Shown here: positions 52,598-61,500 of the stretch, piece after piece
Layout of the letters: each line of letters opens with the position of its first letter
Position numbering within the stretch: position 1 is the first letter of the stretch
Origin: Parcubacteria group bacterium Gr01-1014_8
GTDB lineage: Bacteria; Patescibacteriota; Minisyncoccia; Phycocordibacterales; UBA2100
Direction of reading: 5' to 3'
DNA: 64,000 nt
Assembly: GCA_007376385.1 (NCBI GenBank)
Contig: VMGC01000001.1
Span: 288,001 to 352,000 of the forward strand
Made by a program: the position numbers and the translations under genes
Notes under the pieces: generated by a model
What the model saw: the letters and a program-made list of their open reading frames with translations, nothing else
Database searches by the model: none
What the model was told of the DNA's origin: nothing

Positions 52598-55500
52598 ATG
52601 TCTGATGAAATCTTTTTTGATGGTGTTCGATATATTTCGGCGCAGGAAGCTGCGACGTCGTTAGGTTTTTCGCGAGATTACATTGCGAGGCTTGCTCGAA
52701 TAGGCAAAGTCAAAGGCCGACAAATAGGAAAGAATTGGTACGTCGAATTTCGCTCAGTTCAAACGTTTGTCCTTGAGCAGGAGTACTTGCAGGGAAAGCG
52801 TAGAAAGGAGCTTGCGGAGAAGCGAGTCTTCGAATACCGCAAGCAGGTTGGCAGTACGGACGAGAGATCGAGCGATATTGTTGCCCCAGTTATTTTTGCC
52901 GATGCTGTATCAGTTTCTGCAAAGCAAAACAAGAGACATGCGGCTATTAAGGCGATGCTCGCGCGTGCAATGTCTCGCCGCGCCGACTTGAAGGTTCTGG
53001 CGCATGCGAACCGCGTTCATACGCCCTCGTTTTTTTCTGTGACGCCTGCCGTTGAGTTTCTGCACAAACTCACTGCTCTCATTACAGCGTTTGTACTGAC
53101 TTTTGGCGCGTATGCTTTTGTTAATGCGGACTACGCTCATTTTGCACTCGATTCTATACGCTCTGCTTCACGGAGTGTTGTTGCTGTCCCGAAATTGGTC
53201 TGGGGAGGTGATGCAGCACGTTGGGGTTCAGATACAGGTGCGCAACTCGCAGCTGTTGCATTGCAGACAGCTCAGTCGGCAAACCAAGCTGAATCATCCA
53301 TTACTTCATTCATGTCATCTGCCGCAAGAAATTTCAACCTTCACGTTAATGACTTATTGTACGGAGTTATTTATCCGAACATTCCTGGCATGGGTTCTTT
53401 CGCGTTCTCATCTGCGCGTGGCCGCGTCGATATTCAAATTGTTCCGTATCGCAGCGATGCGCCTGCAGCAAGATCGGCACCTGCTCCCTTGATCCGAACA
53501 GCAGTGTCAGCTCCAACAACTGTCATCAATCAACCGATAGTGGAACGCATCAGAGAGACGAAGAGCGTTGTCACGCTCGGCGGGATCAGTGAAGAGCTCC
53601 TAGCATCCAAGTTGCTTGAGCTCGACACCAAACTTTCTTCTCGCATGTTGTCGCTCACCTCTTCTAACGCAACGAGCATTACCCAGGTATATAACACCGT
53701 CGGCCAAATGGGTCGTATTGAACATTTAGATGATCTTGATCTTACAAACCCAACGATTACGAGAGGCACGTTGACGAACGTGAGGATCTCATCTCTTTCA
53801 GCCCCTCTCACAATCTCTGACGGCGGCACTGGAACCTCTAGCGCTCCTACGTATGGAAAAGTTCTCTTAGGAAATTCGAGCGGTGCGTATGATCTCGTCG
53901 CGACCTCATCGCTGGGTGTCGGCGGAACACCCGGCGGCTCGAGCACGCAGGTGCAATTTAACGATAGCGGTGCTTTCGGTGCGGATTCCACATTTACTTT
54001 CAACAGCACCAGCAATCTTCTTTCTTTCTCGAGCGCGTCATCTTCGTTGCAGTCTATTTTTGATCGCCTGTATGTCGGCGGAACGGCGACGACGACCATC
54101 TTCGGCTCCGCGACTTCCACCTTCGGGGCTGGTATCGAGACAACTGCCTTGAACGTTACTTCGAATAGCGCGAGCAGCACATTCGCAAACGGTATCTCGC
54201 TCTCTGCCGGGTGTTTCCGCGACGCGAGCGGGGCATGTCTGCAGAGCGCGACATTTGCGTATCTCTTCCCATCGGACGCAACCACAACCAAACTCACGTT
54301 CTCTGGCGGTTTGATCTCGCTCGCTTCAACGACGATCGGCAATGGCACACAAGCGGGAGGACTCACGATCTCCGGCGGCGCGACGACGACAGGGAATCTC
54401 TTGGTGCAGGGCAATGCGACGACGACAAACTTGGCAGTGTCTGGCACCGCATCGTCATCTGCCCTCGTCGCATCAAATTCATTTACGTTCTCGAATATAA
54501 CAGGCTTCCTCAAGGCGACCGCCGGCGTTGTCGCAACGGCCGCCATCAATCTCGCCTCCGACATCACCGGCATTCTTCCTGCTGGAAATGGCGGCACGGG
54601 ATGGGGCAATATCGCAGCGAACACGATCGTGCTTGGGAACGGCACGGGAGCTATCGCAACGACGAGCGCCGGCACCAACGGCCAGATGCTCGCGCTTGTT
54701 TCGGGAGTGCCGACGTGGACCGCGACGACCACATTCTCAGCCCCACTTGTATTTTTCGCAGGCAATGTCTCGATCGCAGCCTCGAATGGCAGCACAGACG
54801 GCTATCTCACTTCCGCTGACTGGACGCTCTTCAACAACAAAGTCTCTTCTTCTTCGCTCTCGACATTCACGGCAGCCTTCAAAGACTGGAACATTACGAC
54901 AAACACATTCGGCCAGTCCTCTCTCGCTCCAACAACAACGCAAAACATCGCAGTCACAGGCGTCGGCACATCCACATTCGCCGGAGGATTAGAAGCGTGG
55001 AGACAAATAGGCGCTCCATACTTCAACGCTACAAGTTCATCCGCAACGTCAACCTTCGCTGGTGGATTAAATGTGCTCGCCATTAACCAAACTGGTTCTG
55101 CGACATCGACGTTTGCGAATGGTTTGCAGCTTTCGAATGGTTGTATCCGATTACCCTCAGGGAGCTGCTTGGCATCTGTCGCAAATTCTTCGATTGATGA
55201 TCTTAGCGACGTCACTATCACCGCCGCCGCATACGGCGACCTTTTGATGCACAACGGGACTGCATGGGTTGATACTGCCACTAGTTCGCTTGGAATATTC
55301 ATTTCAGACACCGTTGGGACACTTGCCGTGGGGAGAGGAGGCACGGGGCTATCATCGACACCAACGTACGGCCAACTGCTCGTCGGAAATGCTTCGAGCG
55401 GCTACACGCTTTCCGCGACATCAACGCTCGGCATCGCGCTCTCTGACACCATAGGAACGCTGGCGGCGACACGGGGTGGTACAGGACTCTCATCCATCAC

Positions 55501-58500
55501 CAACAACCAACTTCTTCTTGGCGGCGCAGGAAACACGGTCACACAGATCGCCACTTCTTCGCTAAACCTTCTCACGACCGACATAATCGAAGGTTCAAGG
55601 CTTTTCTATACGGACAACCGTGTAGACACATACATACATGGGTCAACCACAATTCCAAAGACATACACAGCAAACACGTTCACGGGGGCGAACACATTCA
55701 ACAGTACTTTTACTCTCGGCACGCTCAATGGTCCCTTGCACGCAAACGCCGGCGTCGTCGGTGCGACGACATCTGTTCTCGCGATCTACGGCGGAACCGG
55801 GCAGACCTCGTATTCAACGGGTGACATTCTCTACGCATCCGGCGCAGCCGCACTCTCGAAACTCGGGATCGGCGGTGCGGGAGAGGTTCTAAAAATATCG
55901 GGAGGTGTCCCGACGTGGGGAACTGATTTGACTTCCGGAGGTGGCGCGGATGGCACATGGTCGACGACTACCTCACAAGTCTCTGGCACGTTGATCAATT
56001 ACCCTAACAATGCATCCGACATCGTTGCCATCGGCTCCACGGCGACGACATCTGCGGAGTACTGGTTTGACCCGAATACGACGATTGCCTATCTTTCAGG
56101 AAAAGTTGGCATCAGCACCACCTCCCCCTACTCAAAGTTAACGTTGTGGGGGAGCGCCTCACTATTTGAGGCAGTGAACACATCTTCGACAACGATCTTT
56201 TCAATAGGCCAATCAGGCGCGACAACAACGAATCTCGGAATTTCGGGAATAGCAAGTTCCCTGCTCAAAACAACATCTACCGGAGGAGTGGTTGCTGCGA
56301 TACCCGACACCGATTACCTCAATACCGCAAGTTCGATCGAATTACTTGGCGACGTCGCCGCGATGACGGAGAATTACGGCGATCTCTTGTATTGGAATGG
56401 CTCCGCGTGGGCTGATCTTGCGACGTCATCGCTTGGGATTGCGATCAGTGACACCACGGGAACACTTGCAGTTGCACGAGGCGGCACTGGTCAAACCACA
56501 TTCTCCTCCTCGCAACTTCTCTACGGAAACGGAACCAACGCGCTTTCGTCTGTCGCAACCTCCTCACTCTCCGCAGGAACCGGTGTCACGTTCTCTGGAA
56601 CTGCCGGCTCTCTCGTTGGAGGCACTGCACTCACCATCAATACACCGTGGACCATCTCCGGAAACAACATCTACAACAACAACATTGCAAATGCCGCCAT
56701 CGGCACATCAACTCCCTACGCCACCACCACGATCTGGGGTAACACTGCTTCAAAGATATTTGAAGTCGTTGCAAACGCTTCATCCACCGTATTCTCTGTT
56801 GCACAAAGTGGAGCTACTACAACCAACCTCGGCATTACTGGCGTCACCAATTCGCTCTTGAAGACCACATCAACCGGTGGAGTCGTTGCAGCGGTCGCAG
56901 GCACGGATTACGCGACACTGTCACAAACATTTGGAAAAGCGTGGGAGATCGACGGTAACGGCTTTACCGGATTCCTTGCACCGACAACAACGCAGAAAGT
57001 GTGGATCGGGCAGGCGTCGTCGACGCTTCTATCGGTGAATGGCCCTGCATACTTTGGCTCAACCGCAACCTCCTCATTCTCAACCGCCGGCGTCCTCACG
57101 CTTGCCACCGATCTCGCAGTCACCGAAGGAGGCACCGGAGCTTCCACGCTCACCGGCCTTCTCCAAGGAAACGGCACGTCGGCGTTCACCGCCATCACTG
57201 ATTCATCCACGGTGGGACAGATACTCCGTGTGACTGGTGCATCAACATACGCCTGGGGAGCACTGAACCTTGCAGACACTGACGCCATCACCGGAACGCT
57301 TCCCATCTCCAACGGAGGCACCAACAACACCACCTACTCCACCAACGCGCTCCTCTACTTTGACGGAACATCCATCACTGCTACTTCCACCAGACCCCTC
57401 TACGTCGGCGCTATCAATGCCACCACAACAGCCACCTCCACTTTTGCAGGAGGCATCTCTGTTCTCAACTTCGCACAGACAGGAACAGCAACAAGCACGC
57501 TCGCAAACGGGCTCACCTTAACCGGTGGCTGTGTCATGGTGAACGGAAACTGCATCTCACCCGTTGGGAACTCCTCCATCGAAGATTTGAACGACGTTGC
57601 TGCGATGACGGAGAACTATGGAGACCTTCTTGGATGGAACGGCAGCACGTGGACTGACTTTGCCACCACCTCACTCTTCACCGGTTCCAACGGGCAGATG
57701 CTTGCATACGCGAATGGCGGGTGGACGGGAGTTGCAACAACAACAGCCGGCACTGGTCTCACATACACCGGCTCTGCGTTCAATGTTGACCTTGGTACCT
57801 CTATTAGCGCAGCTGAGATCGCAGACGGCGATCACGGCGACTTCACATACACCAGCGGTGTTGCAGCCATCGATGCAAACGCCGTCACCCTCGGCACCGA
57901 CACAACAGGGAACTACGTTGCAACACTCGCAGATTCAGGCGGAGGAACACTCACCATCTCCAACTCAGGCAGCGAGACAGCGGCAGTGACAGCCTCCCTC
58001 AACCTTGGCAACGCCAACATCTGGACTGGCAAGCAGAACTTCTTTGGTTCTGCATCGTCGACGCTGTTCTCAGCGAACTGGCTCAAAGTCGGTCAAACAG
58101 CATCAACCACATTCGATTCCGCTGGCAACGCAACCATCGGCGGCACCTTGAACGTCACCGGTCAAACTACACTTGCCACTTCACTCACTGGATTACTCAA
58201 AGCAACCGCAGGAGTTGTCTCCTCTGCAACAGAAGGCACTGACTACCTCTCCAATGCACTCCGCGATTGGTCAGTACAAGGCAACGGATACCTTGCACCA
58301 ACGACAACGAGAGGAATCATCGTTGTTGCATCATCCACCATCGGCGCGGGAGGACAAGCGACGGGGCTCACCATTTCAGGAGGCGCGACGACGACGGGGA
58401 ATGCGTATTTTGCAGGGAATGTGGGTGTTGGGACAGCTGCACCAAGTCAAAAATTGCAAGTTGTTAACGGCGCTATTGATATCAACACCGACGACCAGTT

Positions 58501-61500
58501 CTTGTACTTCGGTAGCGGGGACGCCGGCATCAGGGAAAGCGGTGCCAATTTGAAATTTGAGACGTATACGGGCGCTGCACTCACCGAAAAAATGAGAATT
58601 ACTGGCGCAGGCAACGTCGGCATCGGGACCACCACTCCCGCAACCCTCCTCTCCATCGCCGGCACGAGCGGCCTCTTTGCCTCCACGACCGCCACCTCCA
58701 CCTTCCAAGGCGGCGGGATTAACTTGCTCACGGCGGCGGGGAATACGGGATGCTTTGCGGTGAATGGGACGTGTCTTTCCAATACCGCTTCCGGCATCGT
58801 CGGAAGCGGCACCACCGGACAATTTCCGTACTATGCCGCCAACGGCACGACTTTGACGGCGACCTCGACACTTTTCGTCTCGACCGCGAGCAATGTTGGG
58901 ATCGGTGCCACCTCTCCCGCAGCAAAGTTAGACGTCGAAGGTTCCGGTGCGGTCTTGACCGACATCATGGTAGGCAACTCACAGGCCAATGCAAACTTCG
59001 GTATTTCCGCGGCAGGAGTTCCCCACCTTTGGACGAACAATGCCTCGTGGCCGCTTGTGCTCGGTGTCGGTGGCGCAGAGAAAATGAGAGTGCACACGGA
59101 TGGAAACGTAGGGATCGGAGCAGGTGCAACGGGTCCCGGGGCACTCCTCACGGTTGACTCTGGTGCAGCGTCTCTCACGGACATCTTGGTCGGCAACTCG
59201 CAAGCGAACGCGAATTTCGGAATCTCCGCAGCGGGCGTAGCCCATCTGTGGTCAAATAATTCAAGTTGGCCTCTTGCGTTCGGCATTGGAGCCGCGGAAA
59301 ATATGCGAATCCACACGAACGGCAACGTGGGGCTCGGGAACACCTCCCCCTCCTACAAACTCGACGTCGCAGGGTTCATCAACACCGACCAATTCTCCGG
59401 CTACAAGCAGAACGGCACGACCATTCTCTATTCATCTTCGACGCTTGCCACGATGTTCGGCGGCTACCAGGCCGGCAATGGTCAAGTGCAATCAGGAACC
59501 GGACTCTACAATACCGCGTTTGGCTATCAGGCGCTCTTGAGCGCCACGTCGTCTAGCAGAAGCACAGCGGTCGGCTTTTCAGCGCTCGCAAGTCAGGCGA
59601 ATGCCAATGGCAACGATGCGCGTAATACCGCAGTTGGTTCCCAAGCGCTCGGCGGCACAACGTACGGTTACTACAACACAGCTGTCGGCTCTGATGCTCT
59701 CGCTGCCAACACGACCGGATACTTCAACAGCGCATTTGGCCAGGGCGCGCTCACTGGCAATACGACCGGCCGCGATAACATTGCAATTGGCTACAATTCC
59801 GTGAGTCAAAGTACAGCCGCCCTCGAAAATATAGGTATCGGCAACTCCTCGCTTTCAGGAGCGTCGCTCACGGGGGCAGACAACATCGCTATCGGTCGGC
59901 AGGCTGGGAGCGCCATGTCGAGCGGGAGTTACAACATACTGATTGGCCAATATCTCTACAACAGCGGCACCGTCTTTACTGGCTCAAACAACATCATCAT
60001 CGGGCGCGACATCGGCTCGACCGCATCTCCCTTGGTTTCGACGACAACAAGCAACGCGCTCAACATCGGCAACTTGATTTTCGCGACCAGTCTCGGCACG
60101 GCGGACACTCTTTCGACGGGTAATGTGGGTATTGGAACAGCGGCACCGAATTATCAACTTTCAAACAACTCCGCGAGTAATAACCTGGATTCGGGTTCCA
60201 CGGGGCTCTCGACCGCAAGTAGTTTCAACTGGGCGAACAACGGCTCCGGCTACGGTGCAGGATTGTATAACGCAAGCGCCAATTCGGATGCAAACGGGCT
60301 GTTGGTAAAAATTCGCGGTACGGCCTCTACCAACAAAATTCTCTCGCTCGACACGGGCACGACGCAAGCCGGCGCGGGAACAAATGTGCTGACGGTATTA
60401 GGAAGCGGCAACGTCGGCATTGGGACGACGAGTCCGCGCAGCGCCCTCTATTTCCAGGCGAACAGTAGCGATCCATCGTTAACATCATGGACAGGCATAG
60501 GGACGATGCGCGCTAGTACTGGTGTAGAACTTGCGATGGGTGCAGACGATACGACACCTTTCGGCGCGTGGCTGCAAACGAAAGACAGCACAAATGGCGG
60601 TACATCCTATCCACTGCTCCTCAATCCTCTCGGCGGCAACGTTGGCATCGGGACGACTACGCCTCAAACGGCGTTGCATGTAAACGGTATTCTCGCGGCA
60701 ACGCCAAGCTACGGCTTTTACTGGTACAACGGGGCAACATTCAAAGGCGCACTCAAGCATAACTCATCCAACGATAACCTTGAGATATACACCGCCTCTG
60801 ATGGCAGCACGCCGCGGCTCACAGTCCAAAGTTCTTCCGGCAACGTCGGTATCGGGACGACCAGTCCCGTGTCGATACTTGCTGTTGCTGGTGCCAATCC
60901 TGTACTTACCCTCAATCAAACGAGTAGCGGTAATGTTTCTGGCTTAAAGATAACGAATGGAGTAAATACGCTAGGCACATTTACAGTAGCAATAGATACA
61001 GGCGAGGTCAGGATAGGTGGTACGTCTAGCGGCGGTTATTATGATACTTTCTACGCCGATGGTTCGGAAAGGATGAGGATTACAGCAGCAGGCAACGTCG
61101 GCATCGGGACGACGACGCCGCAGTGGCTTTTGAATCCGACTTCGGCAAGCGCATCACAACTTGCCCTTTCGGCGGGGGCGGGCATCGCGCAATGGACGTT
61201 TAGGAATGCAGGCGGGAATTTGTATCTCTCAACAACTACCGTTGCAGGAACCGCAACGACATCGATAAGCGCGCTTGAGATTGCGGGCGGAGGATTAGGA
61301 ACGACAACCGTGAGAGGGCTAAACATCAGCGCTGGCGCAACATCAACGTCTAATGTGGGCTTCTCACTCACGAGCGGATGCTTTGCAACGCCCGCGGGCT
61401 GTATCTCGGGCGTTGGCGATTCTTCCATCGAAGCATTGAACGACGTTGCTGCGATGACGAAAAACTTCGGTGACTTACTGTATTGGAATGGCACAACATG